DNA of 64,000 bases. It comes from Acidimicrobiia bacterium (GTDB taxonomy: Bacteria > Actinomycetota > Acidimicrobiia > Spongiisociales > ZC4RG35). Positions within the stretch are counted from its first letter, which is position 1, and each line of letters opens with the position of its first letter. The position numbers and the translations under genes were made by a program. The stretch is from positions 233,741 through 297,740 of the forward strand of contig OY762464.1 of assembly GCA_963665765.1 (NCBI GenBank). Reading direction: 5' to 3'. The notes beneath the pieces were generated by a model. It did no database searches and was not told the origin of the DNA. It saw only the letters and a program-made list of their open reading frames with translations. Below are positions 29,101 through 38,424 of the stretch, piece by piece.

Positions 29101-30105
29101 ATGGCTTCTCTGCGAACCGAAATAACAGAGATCGTCACCGGACTGGGAATGTTGCCCCTGGGCAGCATAGAGGAAGCGCTCCAGGGCCGCCCCGCCGCCG
29201 TGGTGGGTGTTTCCGACAATCACTACGATCGCCTATCCGAAGCCCTTAGAAACCCTGCGAATCGTGGGCTGTTCGAAAGCGCGTGGGCGAACGGGAAAGC
29301 CTTCGCTCAAGCCAGGGAAGGACTGCGAGGCCGCACGCCTCTCAGGGTCGAATGGAAAGGACCTCACCAGCTGCCCGGCTACGAGCAGATCCCCGTGGAC
29401 CTGCGAGTGGACTACGTGTATCTGGTAAGTTGCAAATACGGCTCCAAACTGCTCCACAACGCCTCACCCTCTCACCTGTTTGACCGGCTTCTCGCTGTCC
29501 GCCGGGGACCAAGAGGGGACTGGTACAACGAAGTGGCCCCCGGCGGCTACCAGCGTTTCTATACTGCCTGCCGCGACCACCTGGGCGGTACAGACCTCCC
29601 AGAGAAGGTGACGGACCTGAACCGGGAGCAACGCAACCGCCTCAAGACATCATTCAAGCGCCACTGGCCTTCACCCCTCAAAAGCCCGTACCAACAGTTC
29701 ACTGCTCTGGTGTCAAACGCCTCCGCTCAACGTTGGGTGTCCGCGCTGGGAAACCGCGCCCAAACAAAGGAAGAACTTCTGTGGCGCCTGCTACGTCTCC
29801 AGCCCGCGCCTTACTTTGTGCTGGGAACATCCGGCAAGACTCCGGTGCGATACCGGATTGACACCCCCTGGGACTTCCGCCAACGCTACGAGTTCCGATC
29901 CTTTCACATCGAACCCGAGAAAACAGGACAACCACGAGTCCGATGGCAAGCTCAACTGAACGAGAAAACAACAGACAAACTCATCCAAGTAAAGGGACAT
30001 ATTGAAGTCCGATGGAGCCACGGACGCTTCCAAGGAGCCCCAGAAGCCAAGGTATATCTGGACACCAGTCCCTTGGAAACGGCCGGTTACAGAATACTGG
30101 TATAG
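29101..30105 (+). CDS. hypothetical protein; candidate cognate restriction endonuclease of the upstream methyltransferase
   Basis: 334 aa, same strand, 49 nt downstream of the methyltransferase gene. No recognisable family. Possible degenerate PD-(D/E)xK-like stretch ..PVDLRVDYVYLVSCKYG.. . The call rests on position only. Confidence 0.35.
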   Translation: MASLRTEITEIVTGLGMLPLGSIEEALQGRPAAVVGVSDNHYDRLSEALRNPANRGLFESAWANGKAFAQAREGLRGRTPLRVEWKGPHQLPGYEQIPVDLRVDYVYLVSCKYGSKLLHNASPSHLFDRLLAVRRGPRGDWYNEVAPGGYQRFYTACRDHLGGTDLPEKVTDLNREQRNRLKTSFKRHWPSPLKSPYQQFTALVSNASAQRWVSALGNRAQTKEELLWRLLRLQPAPYFVLGTSGKTPVRYRIDTPWDFRQRYEFRSFHIEPEKTGQPRVRWQAQLNEKTTDKLIQVKGHIEVRWSHGRFQGAPEAKVYLDTSPLETAGYRILV

Positions 30106-30284
30106 CCACCCTCAAACAGTCTTGCCTAGCCCGCCAGGGGAAGGTCTCCGCAAAGTGCCTGTCCGGTCAAGCACTAAATCGGCTCTTCGGATTTCTCGGG
30201 GGAGTTGGGTATCTATCGATTGTGATGGGGGGTCCTCCATAATTCGGGTGCTGAAGCAATTTCGCATCCGAGAAGGAGGACCCT

Positions 30285-31143
30285 GTGGAGACTGGTGGTA
30301 GGCGTATGTGCGAGGTGCTGGTTGGGCTGGGTGAGGTGGACCTGGTAGGAGTCGAGGAGCTGTCGGGAGACCGGCTGAGAGTCACTATTCGGTCTCGTGG
30401 GCCTCGCCCGGTGTGTGAGGGGTGTGGTGGGAGGGTGTGGTCCAAAGGTGATCGGCTGGTGCGATTGGTGGACTTACCGGCGTTCGGTTGTCCGGTGCGG
30501 CTGCGGTGGAAGAAACGCCGCTGGGTGTGCCCAGATGTGATGTGTGGTATGAAATCGTTCGCGGAGCAGGACCTGTCGGTGGTACCGGAGCGGGCGTTGT
30601 TGACGTCTCGAGCGGGACGTTGGGCAACCCAGCAGGTCGGGCGTCTTGGTCGCACGGTGTCGGAGGTGGCAGAAGAGTTGGGGTGTAGTTTGGCACACGG
30701 TCAACCGTGAGATCGTCCGTTGGGGAGACGCGCTGTTGGAAGCCGATGTTTCGCGGTTCGGTGCCGTGGAAGCGGTAGGTGTGGACGAGACCCTGTTCTG
30801 GCGCAAGGGCCAGTGGAGGAAGAGCAGTGGTGCACGTCGGTGGTAGACGTTGGTGGCCATCAGCTGTTGGATATTGTGCCTGGTAGAACAGCTGAAAGCG
30901 CCGCCAGTTGGTTCCGGAACCGACCCGATGGGTGGTGTGAGGCGATTCGGTGGGCGGTGCTGGACATGTCAGGCCCCTACCAGGTCGCCTACGACCGGGT
31001 GCTGCCCCACGCCCATTCAGGTGGCCGACCCATTCCATGTGGTCCGGCTGGCGAACCGCTGTGTTGACCTGGTACGCCGACGGGTCCAGAACGAAACACT
31101 GGGACAGAGCCTGTATACATGTCTGTGTGAGGTGGTTCTTTGA
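30285..31143 (+). pseudogene. ISL3-family transposase, multiply frameshifted and 3'-truncated
   Basis: Zinc-finger N-terminus (..CEGCGGRVWSKGDRLVRLVDLPAFGCPVRLRWKKRRWVC..). ISL3 blocks continue across three frames (..VGVDETLFWRKG.. / ..LLDIVPGRTAESAASWF.. / ..DPFHVVRLANRCVDLVRRRVQNETLG..) and end where the IS256 copy begins. Confidence 0.8.
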
Positions 31144-31187
31144 GCTTGGCTGGCGAGGTGGCTGGCCTGTGAAGGAGATGATTTGAA

Positions 31188-32230
31188 ATGACTGCTAGAG
31201 ATGTGACGGAACGGGCGGCTGTGGCTGTGGTGTCTGATGAGCTTGTGGAGGCGGTGGTGGCTGATGCGGCTTCTGGTGGTGTGGAGCTTTTGGGTCCTGA
31301 TGGGGTGCTGGCCGAGTTGACCAAGCGTGTGCTGGAACGGGCTTTGGCCGAGGAACTGACCGATCATTTGGGCTACGAGCATGGTGATCCTATGGGTCAT
31401 GGGACGGGTAACAACCGTAACGGGTCCACTCCCAAGAGGGTGCTGACCGAGATCGGAGCGGTGGATCTGGACGTTCCCCGTGACCGTAACGCCACGTTCG
31501 AACCCAAGATCGTTCCGAAGGGCGCCCGCCGGCTGGAACGTTTCAACGCCAACGTCGTGGCGTTGTACGCCCGGGGTCTGTCCACCCGTGACATTCGCTC
31601 CGAGCTGGCCCGCATGTACGGCGTGGACGTGTCGCCGGCGCTGGTGTCGAAAATCACCGACGGGATCGTCGAGGAGCTCACCGAGTGGCACAAATCGGCC
31701 TCTTGACGGGTGCTATCCGCTTCTGTACATAGACGCCATGGTGGTAAAGGTCCAAAAGCGACGGCACGGTCATCAACCGCCCAGCTTATGTGGTGGTCGG
31801 CGTGGACGTGGAAGGCCGCAAACACGTCCTCGGTGTCTGGTTGGGCGACGGCGGCCAAGCGCGCCAAACTTCTGGCTGTCGGTGCTGACCGAGAATGCGC
31901 CACCGAGGCCTCGAAGACGTGCTGATCGTGTGCTGCGACGGCCTCAAGGGACTCCCTGACGCGATTGAGGCCACTTGGCCCCAGGCGCTGGTACAGACCT
32001 GTGTCATACATCTGCTGCGGGCCTCTACGAGGCTTTGCAGCCGGGGAAGACCGCAAAATGATCGCCAAGGGGTTACGGGCTGTGTACACCGCGGTGAACG
32101 CCGAAGCGGCCGCCCAGGCGTTGGAAGAACTCGACGACCAGTGGGGAGATCGCTATCACACCGGGATGCTCCTATGTTTGATGGTCCCCGGGTTTTGTGG
32201 AGTCAGCTTACTTGGATCAGTGGTGTGACG
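31188..32230 (+). pseudogene. IS256-family transposase, frameshifted and 3'-truncated
   Basis: N-terminus ..LAEELTDHLGYEHGDP..NRNGSTPKRVLTEIGAVDLDVPRDRNATFEPKIV... Later blocks sit in other frames (..LYIDAMVVKV.. / ..[34 protein letters not shown]..), cut off by the IS3 insertion. Confidence 0.8.
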
Positions 32231-33115
32231 GTTTGGTTGTTGTGGTAGTGGTTGGTTTCGTATTCGATCGGGGTGAGCATGTTCAGGGACGTGTGGCGCC
32301 GTTGGCGGTTGTGGAAGACTTCTAGGTATTCGAAGATAGCGTTGGCGAGTTCGATACGGGTCCTCCAGCGTTGGCGGTCCAACAGTTCGACTTGCATACG
32401 GGCCCAGAACGCCTCCATCAGGGCGTTATCAAAGCAGTCGCCGACGGTCACCGATCGACGGTACGAGTCCGGAATCGTGGGCTCGTTGGGTGAACGCCCA
32501 GAAGGGTGCATCTGGGTGCCCTGGTCCGAGTGTATAACCGTTCCTGAGCGCGGCTGGCGGTTGCTGATTGCCATACCAAGTGCGGAGGTGACCAGTCCCG
32601 CGGTCGGAGAGTTGTCGATTGACCAGCCCACGACCCGGCGGCTGAACACGTCAAGCACTCCACGGCACAGTACACCCTGCCTTCCCGGGTGGGATGTTCG
32701 GTTATATCGGTCACCCACAACTGGTCCGGTTCGGAACGGGCCAAGGTTGCGGTCGACCAAGTCGACAGGGGTGTCCACGGGACGGGGGCGCCGCCTGGGC
32801 CGGCGGCTTCCACTAAGACCAGCTATGCCGGCTCGGCGCATCAGCATCGCTACCGCGTTGTGCCCGACGGTGATCCCATGACCCAATGCGAGTTCGGCAT
32901 GTACCCGCCGTGCTCCATAGATACCCCGTGACCCATGATGGATCTGACAGATGATGTCGGTGAGCCACGCGTGGCGAATTAGACCGGGCCGACGGAGGAC
33001 GGGACCTCCACACAAAGAATCCCGACTCCGACCACACCCAGCACGCCACCTGGGTGGAGAGCCCCTCGGTTCTCATGGTCTGGATCGCTTCGTAGCGTCT
33101 TTTGCGGTGCACCAC
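32203..33115 (-). pseudogene. IS3-family transposase OrfB (DDE integrase core, extra frameshifts) plus the C-terminal part of OrfA
   Basis: ..WVTDITEHPTREGRVYCAV.. / ..DVFSRRVVGWSIDNS..VIHSDQGTQ.. / ..DCFDNALMEAFWARMQVELL.. split over two frames. OrfA tail ..TELTVTKRAIELLKGKVVHRKRRYEAIQTMRTEGLSTQVACWV. Confidence 0.8.
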
Positions 33116-33180
33116 CTTGCCTTTGAGCAGCTCGATAGCTCGCTTCGTTACGGTTAGTTCGGTTTCCAGTTCTCTATCCG

Positions 33181-35133
33181 GCCCGAGTTTGGCGGGTCAA
33201 GGGGGTTTGGTGGGATGTGATTGGTGTGTTGACCTGGGGTTTTGTGTTGTGAGGGGTTGCTTCTGCACGATATTGTAGGGGCGACAGTTGGTTGGTGTTA
33301 GGGAGGTGGTGCTGGTAGTATTGTGGGGTATGTTCGTTAAGACGACCCGCCGTAGGAGGGGCGACAAGGTTTACGAGTACTTGTCGTTGGTGGAAACGGT
33401 TCGCAAGGGGTCGAAGATCGGCCATCGGACCCTGTTGCGCCTGGGAGAAGTCACCGCTTTACGCCAATCGGGACAGTTGGGACGGATCATCGCCGCGTTG
33501 GAACGTCACCTGCACAAAGAACGCGTCGACGTTGACAGCTTGGCCGCCGAGGGAGCACCCGCGGTAGGAGCAGTAGCCGCAGCGGCCGCGGTATGGAAAC
33601 AACTGGATCTCGGGGGGTTCTTCACAAAAGTAGGCGCGGAACGCCGTGCTGACGTTTTGGAACATGCAGTGTTCGCGATGGTGGCGAACCGGCTGGTAGC
33701 CCCGTGTTCGAAACGTCGTCTGCCCGAATGGACAGAACATGACGTGGTGATGCCCCAAGGCTGGTCAGCGCCGTCGTTGGACCAGTACTACCGGGCCTTG
33801 GACGCCGTCGCCGACACCAAGAACGAGACCGAGGAGCATTTGTATCGGCGGTTGTGCAACCTGACCAACCTGAACCTTCGGCTGGTGTGCTATGACCTGA
33901 CATCCACCTATTTTGAGGGTTCGACCCAAAAGTCGGAAGCGTTTCCGTCGCGGGTGTTCGGGTATTCGCGGGATCATCGCCCGGACAGGCCCCAGATCGT
34001 GATCGGTCTGTTGTGCACCACAGACGGGATCCCGATAGCCCATCATGTGTTCTCGGGGAACACCAACGACGCCTCCACCCTACCCGGGGTGTTGGAAGAC
34101 CTGGCGGGACGGTTCGCGGTGGGCAGGATCTGTGTGGTTTCCGACCGGGGGCTCATATCAGCATCTAACCTGGAAACGGTCACCCAAGCGGGGTTTGATC
34201 ACCTGCTGGCCACCAGACTCCGCCGCGATCGGATCACCGCCCAAGCGCTTTCGGCTATTGACCAGGACACTGTGTGGGTGCAGCTACCCGAACACGGTTC
34301 CAGGGCCGCTGATATCACCCTCGAAGACGGGACCCGCACGGTGGTGGTCGAGTCCGACGCTCGTGCCCGTCGGGACACACAACGCACCGCCGAACTTATC
34401 GCCGCTGCCGAAACGCAGTTGTTGGCGTTGGAACATCGTGTCCGTTCGGGGAGACTGAAAGACCCCGCCAAGATCGGGAGAGCCGCCCAACGCATCCTCG
34501 GCACCGGGCGGGTCGGGCGACTGTTCGACCTCGAGATCGGACCAGGTCGCTTTCTCTACCACTACAACGAGGACAACCAGGCATATGAGAAGCTGTTGGC
34601 GGGTCGCTATGTGCTGACCACCAGTCTCACATCCGCACAAGCCGACACCGCCGAAGTGGTGGCCTGCTATCGCCAACTGCAAACCGTCGAAACCCGCTTT
34701 CGGGTGCTCAAAGACTTCCTACGACTACGGCCGGTGCGGCACTGGACCGAGAAACGAGTCCGCGGTCACGTAGCGGTCTGTGTGTACGCCGCTTTGATGG
34801 AAACGCTCATCACCCAGGCTCTCACCGCAGCCGATGTCCGCGATCCCGACCTCGAACACCAACACCTCACCGCCGCACGGGCCCTCCAACAACTCAACCG
34901 CGTCCGCCGCGTGGAACTGACCACCAACAACCACCAGATCACCATAACCACCCGACGCACCCCCCTACAAACACGGGCACTCGCCGCCATCGGAGTCGAC
35001 ACCCGCACCTGGGACAAAGCCACCATCACCTAACCACCACACCGGCTCAAACACCGAATGTAGTGGAAACACCTTCTTCGCGTATGCCCCCTGACCTGGT
35101 AAAACACAAAACCACCCGCCAAACTCGGGTCCG
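33181..35133. mobile_element. IS1634-family insertion sequence (about 1.95 kb), apparently intact, inserted into the IS3 orfA
   Basis: Terminal inverted repeat (g)cccgagtttggcgggt at the left end, reverse-complemented as acccgccaaactcgggtc at about 35116-35133. Flanking IS3 OrfA reading frames resume on both sides. Confidence 0.75.
33330..35033 (+). CDS. IS1634-family transposase
   Basis: 567 aa uninterrupted with characteristic blocks (..YEYLSLVE..RLVCYDLTSTYFEG..VVSDRGL..). Start at MFVKTTRRRRGDKVYEY. Confidence 0.85.
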   Translation: MFVKTTRRRRGDKVYEYLSLVETVRKGSKIGHRTLLRLGEVTALRQSGQLGRIIAALERHLHKERVDVDSLAAEGAPAVGAVAAAAAVWKQLDLGGFFTKVGAERRADVLEHAVFAMVANRLVAPCSKRRLPEWTEHDVVMPQGWSAPSLDQYYRALDAVADTKNETEEHLYRRLCNLTNLNLRLVCYDLTSTYFEGSTQKSEAFPSRVFGYSRDHRPDRPQIVIGLLCTTDGIPIAHHVFSGNTNDASTLPGVLEDLAGRFAVGRICVVSDRGLISASNLETVTQAGFDHLLATRLRRDRITAQALSAIDQDTVWVQLPEHGSRAADITLEDGTRTVVVESDARARRDTQRTAELIAAAETQLLALEHRVRSGRLKDPAKIGRAAQRILGTGRVGRLFDLEIGPGRFLYHYNEDNQAYEKLLAGRYVLTTSLTSAQADTAEVVACYRQLQTVETRFRVLKDFLRLRPVRHWTEKRVRGHVAVCVYAALMETLITQALTAADVRDPDLEHQHLTAARALQQLNRVRRVELTTNNHQITITTRRTPLQTRALAAIGVDTRTWDKATIT

Positions 35134-35330
35134 GCGGCGAGCAGCCCGCAGTTCTGTTTGCTCTGCTGAAGTAGAGCCGGGTTCTACACCACGGTCAATC
35201 AAGTCCTGGCGCCGCCAGTTGTAGATGGTCTGGTCTGACACTCCAAGGTCCTTCGACAGAGATGCAACTGACCTGCCAGATGCAAGCAGATCCAACACCC
35301 TGCGACGGAACTCGGGCGGACATTTCGATA
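35134..35330 (-). pseudogene. N-terminal fragment of the IS3-family OrfA (HTH), separated from the rest by the IS1634 insertion
   Basis: ..PPEFRRRVLDLLASGRSVASLSKDLGVSDQTIYNWRRQDLIDRG..AEQTELRAARRR then runs into the IS1634 repeat. Confidence 0.6.
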
Positions 35331-35435
35331 CGGCATGAAGACCCTCCTTTTCGGGGTCGGTCACCACCAATTCAAATAACCCGACCCCACAAAAGCGGGG
35401 GCACACCTAACCCCCTCTATGAAACCCGGTGTGAT

Positions 35436-36230
35436 TCAGGATGGGCTCGGTGGCAGTTCGCTTGTAAGTTTGAGAGGTTGGGGCAATTCCGCATTCGATT
35501 CCAGTCCGAGTGCCTCCTTCAGGGACGATGCCAGCCCCGCCCAGTCGCTGTCCGGTTTCCGAAGGCGGTCAAGCGCATCTCGTAGGCTGTTGTCTGACGT
35601 AATAAACACATCGGCCCCGGCTCTTATGGCCGCGGCATAAATGTATGCATCCATCACTTCCATAAGAACGTGGGACCAGACCTCCTGTGCATCAACCCAG
35701 ATGCTATCGGGTGGTACCCATAATCCCGCGGAGGGGTCCTCCACGTCGATTACGTCAAGACGGTAGTCCACCCGGAGTTCGTCGCGGAAGGTCTGCAATT
35801 GATGACCCAACTCGGTGTAGTCTGTTTCCTCCAGGGCAACTCGGAACAACACTTGGGGGCGTTTCACCCGGAGGCTGTGCGGCACCCGTTGACGAATCAG
35901 GTGCTCCAAGCCACGAGCCTCAAGAAGCACGTGATGTAGTTCAGACCAGCAGACTTGTGATGAGAAGTAGAGGTAACCGTCGTCGGCTTTGAGGTGTTGG
36001 AATAACTTCATACCGTCCTTGACGAATTGGGCATCGGTCTTGTTGAGTGCGTCTGTAACCACGTCAGCGGACTCAAGCGCTGTCTTCAGTTCCCCCCAGT
36101 CCGAAACCGCATCGAGTTGGACTTTCGCAGTCGTGCAAGTATCCCAAAACTGGAATAGCCTCACTAAGACGTTGGTATCAAGGAATACGCTCGGCTGAAC
36201 CCTCACGCCGGACGCACTGGCAATTGTCAC
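35436..36230 (-). CDS. PIN-like nuclease-domain protein (gene 4 of the four-gene operon)
   Basis: 264 aa. N-terminus ..SVFLDTNVLVRLF.. and C-terminus ..DAYIYAAAIRAGADVFITSDNSL.. bracket a PIN-type fold with acidic residues. Start overlaps the upstream gene's stop by 4 nt. Confidence 0.55.
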   Translation of the reverse strand: MTIASASGVRVQPSVFLDTNVLVRLFQFWDTCTTAKVQLDAVSDWGELKTALESADVVTDALNKTDAQFVKDGMKLFQHLKADDGYLYFSSQVCWSELHHVLLEARGLEHLIRQRVPHSLRVKRPQVLFRVALEETDYTELGHQLQTFRDELRVDYRLDVIDVEDPSAGLWVPPDSIWVDAQEVWSHVLMEVMDAYIYAAAIRAGADVFITSDNSLRDALDRLRKPDSDWAGLASSLKEALGLESNAELPQPLKLTSELPPSPS

Positions 36231-37393
36231 GTCTTGGCGGGTCCCGGATACAAATCTGCCTCGGCGTCCTCTACGAGTGCTGCGGAGAGTGGAACGTCCT
36301 CTTTCCGTTCAAGGGCTAGGCCAATGGTGTGCCACATGATCTTGATCAATCGTCGCGGACTTGATCGGCTCGTCTCACGGAGCCCGTTCAAAGCGTCTTC
36401 AGAGAACGGCAGAATGCCCTCGCCGCCGTTGATCCGCGCTGGTTTTAGCCGCTGAGCAACGATGCCATAGGCTTCTTCCGCTGAAAGTGGGGGGATAATG
36501 TACCTGTTGACAAAACGCTGAACGAGAGACTTGTCGAGTTCCGACGTTCGAGCGAACCCTTCGGGAGTTGTTGACAAGATAATCCACAACTCTTCGCGCT
36601 GGGCAACATCAAGCAGCCGGCGCAGTGTAGTGGTGTATGCCGCAGCCTGGTTTTTGCTTAAGCGTCTAGCAAGTGCAATGTCCTCGAACTCGTCGAGCAG
36701 AAAGGCTATGCCGTCGGCGTCGAATATTCTCCTCAGGATGGTCACGATGGCTTGGAAGTACCCCGGCTCCTCTCGCTCGGCAACCAAAGACTTCCTAGCA
36801 CGAGGAACGAAGTCTCGATACTCGAAGTAGGGACGTTCACCAGTCTCGACAATGAGCCGCGAAAGCTTGTTCAAGATCTCATCGTCTGTTGCGATGCCTT
36901 GGTCTTTCATGGCTTGGGAGAGCGTCTGTATGGCCTGGTCGCGGAGCGTCCTGTTCCGAAGAGTGCCAAGCCACTGTCCGAACTCAGGCCAAAAGAGGGC
37001 CTGCTGGGCTGCTTCTGTGTTGTTCGGTTGGTACAGCATCTCCCAGAGAGCCTTCGTTACCTCGTAGCGTCCCACCTGACGCATGAGGCGGTTAGCAAGG
37101 TCATAGAACGCAACTCCGGGATTCTCAAAAAAATAGGATTTGACGCGATGTTCGGGAAGCACTTTGGCTTGAATCCAGTTGAGGATGAACGTCTTACCGG
37201 CTCCATACCCGCCCTCAATTATGAGTGCTTTGCTCCCTTGGGACTCGGCAAGGTTTTTAAATCGCATAAGTAGGTCTTTCTCCCAGCTGGGCGGGAGTGA
37301 GATATCATCCACGAATTCGGCCCCGGTGGTCGCAGGCGGAAAGGGATTACGGGTAAGGCCGAGATGGCTTAGTTGGGTATTGGCGACGGTCAT
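36227..37393 (-). CDS. ExeA/GspA-like AAA+ ATPase (AAA_22-type P-loop NTPase; gene 3 of the operon)
   Basis: N-terminal GLTRNPFPP motif typical of ExeA-like ATPases. Walker A IIEGGYGAGKTFIL and Walker B-like ..IAFLLDEFEDI... 388 aa. Confidence 0.6.
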   Translation of the reverse strand: MTVANTQLSHLGLTRNPFPPATTGAEFVDDISLPPSWEKDLLMRFKNLAESQGSKALIIEGGYGAGKTFILNWIQAKVLPEHRVKSYFFENPGVAFYDLANRLMRQVGRYEVTKALWEMLYQPNNTEAAQQALFWPEFGQWLGTLRNRTLRDQAIQTLSQAMKDQGIATDDEILNKLSRLIVETGERPYFEYRDFVPRARKSLVAEREEPGYFQAIVTILRRIFDADGIAFLLDEFEDIALARRLSKNQAAAYTTTLRRLLDVAQREELWIILSTTPEGFARTSELDKSLVQRFVNRYIIPPLSAEEAYGIVAQRLKPARINGGEGILPFSEDALNGLRETSRSSPRRLIKIMWHTIGLALERKEDVPLSAALVEDAEADLYPGPAKT

Positions 37394-38424
37394 GACCTTG
37401 GACCTCCGTTCTGCATGTGTTCGCTAAGCATCCGATGAATGCGGAGATGGGACAAGTAGGCACCGCTTGGTGAACGCAGGTAGCTTTTTAGCGCTAGGGC
37501 GTGCTGGCTATCGGGCAAACCTGCAGTGATGAATCCCACGCGTGTGGGAAGGCCGGCGACAAGACCGAAGTGGTCAGTCAGCCAACTCATGAGAACCCCC
37601 TTGGCCTGGTCAACCGAGACATGCTGCTTAATCCCCGTCGTCAAGGCGCAATCAGGGATCCGTATGGTCGCCCAGTCTCCAGCAAAATCCAGGGCAGCGA
37701 ACATTTCTACCGCTAGTTCGCGGTCGGTCATTCGTGGGACTATGTGTTTAGGATACGCGGTGTAGGTTCCGTTCGGTCTATACATGATGTCTAGGAAGCC
37801 AAGTTGGTCTACGCACCATGATCTGAGGCCGAAGTGAATTGCTTGAATGGCATCGACACCATTTAGGAGGCTCCATTTGGTGGTTCCGACGGGTCGAATC
37901 GCCACTTGCTTCCAGCGGTTCCGGCCAACATAGTGTTCTCGGTCGCTGTCGTGGTCGCCCCTTCGCTCAACACCTCTAGACTGGATAACGACTTCGACGG
38001 GACGCGCTCTCTCTACAAAAGATGTAGCATCGCAGGCCGCTTCTTGAGGTTGGAGGAAGTTCCTAAAGAACACGTCGTAACAGTCCTTGTTTCGGAGGAC
38101 TGCGTTAGCAAACGCCTCCTTCTCGGGTACCTGCAGTTCCTCCCCAAGTTTCGTTGTTGCAGTCAGAATACCTATTTCCGGATTCTGATAGTTGAGAACG
38201 AAGCGGCGCCCCTGCTTCTCCAGGAGATCTAATCGCACCAAGGTCCTCCGGTGGTGGTAATGGGTACTTTGGGCATAGGGCCGTCCGTCTCGGCGCAGGA
38301 GAACACCCTCCTCGGTGGCCAGTGTCTCGATTTCGTTTGCCCGGAGGCCGGGTGGGTGCTTATCAACCAAGAGGAGGAGGTCCCGTAGCGCCCGGAAGTT
38401 GAGCCAACGCATCCAGAGGTTCAT
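37390..38424 (-). CDS. hypothetical protein, possible N-terminal winged-helix domain (gene 2 of the operon)
   Basis: 344 aa with no confident family. 4-nt overlaps on both sides. Confidence 0.45.
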   Translation of the reverse strand: MNLWMRWLNFRALRDLLLLVDKHPPGLRANEIETLATEEGVLLRRDGRPYAQSTHYHHRRTLVRLDLLEKQGRRFVLNYQNPEIGILTATTKLGEELQVPEKEAFANAVLRNKDCYDVFFRNFLQPQEAACDATSFVERARPVEVVIQSRGVERRGDHDSDREHYVGRNRWKQVAIRPVGTTKWSLLNGVDAIQAIHFGLRSWCVDQLGFLDIMYRPNGTYTAYPKHIVPRMTDRELAVEMFAALDFAGDWATIRIPDCALTTGIKQHVSVDQAKGVLMSWLTDHFGLVAGLPTRVGFITAGLPDSQHALALKSYLRSPSGAYLSHLRIHRMLSEHMQNGGPRS

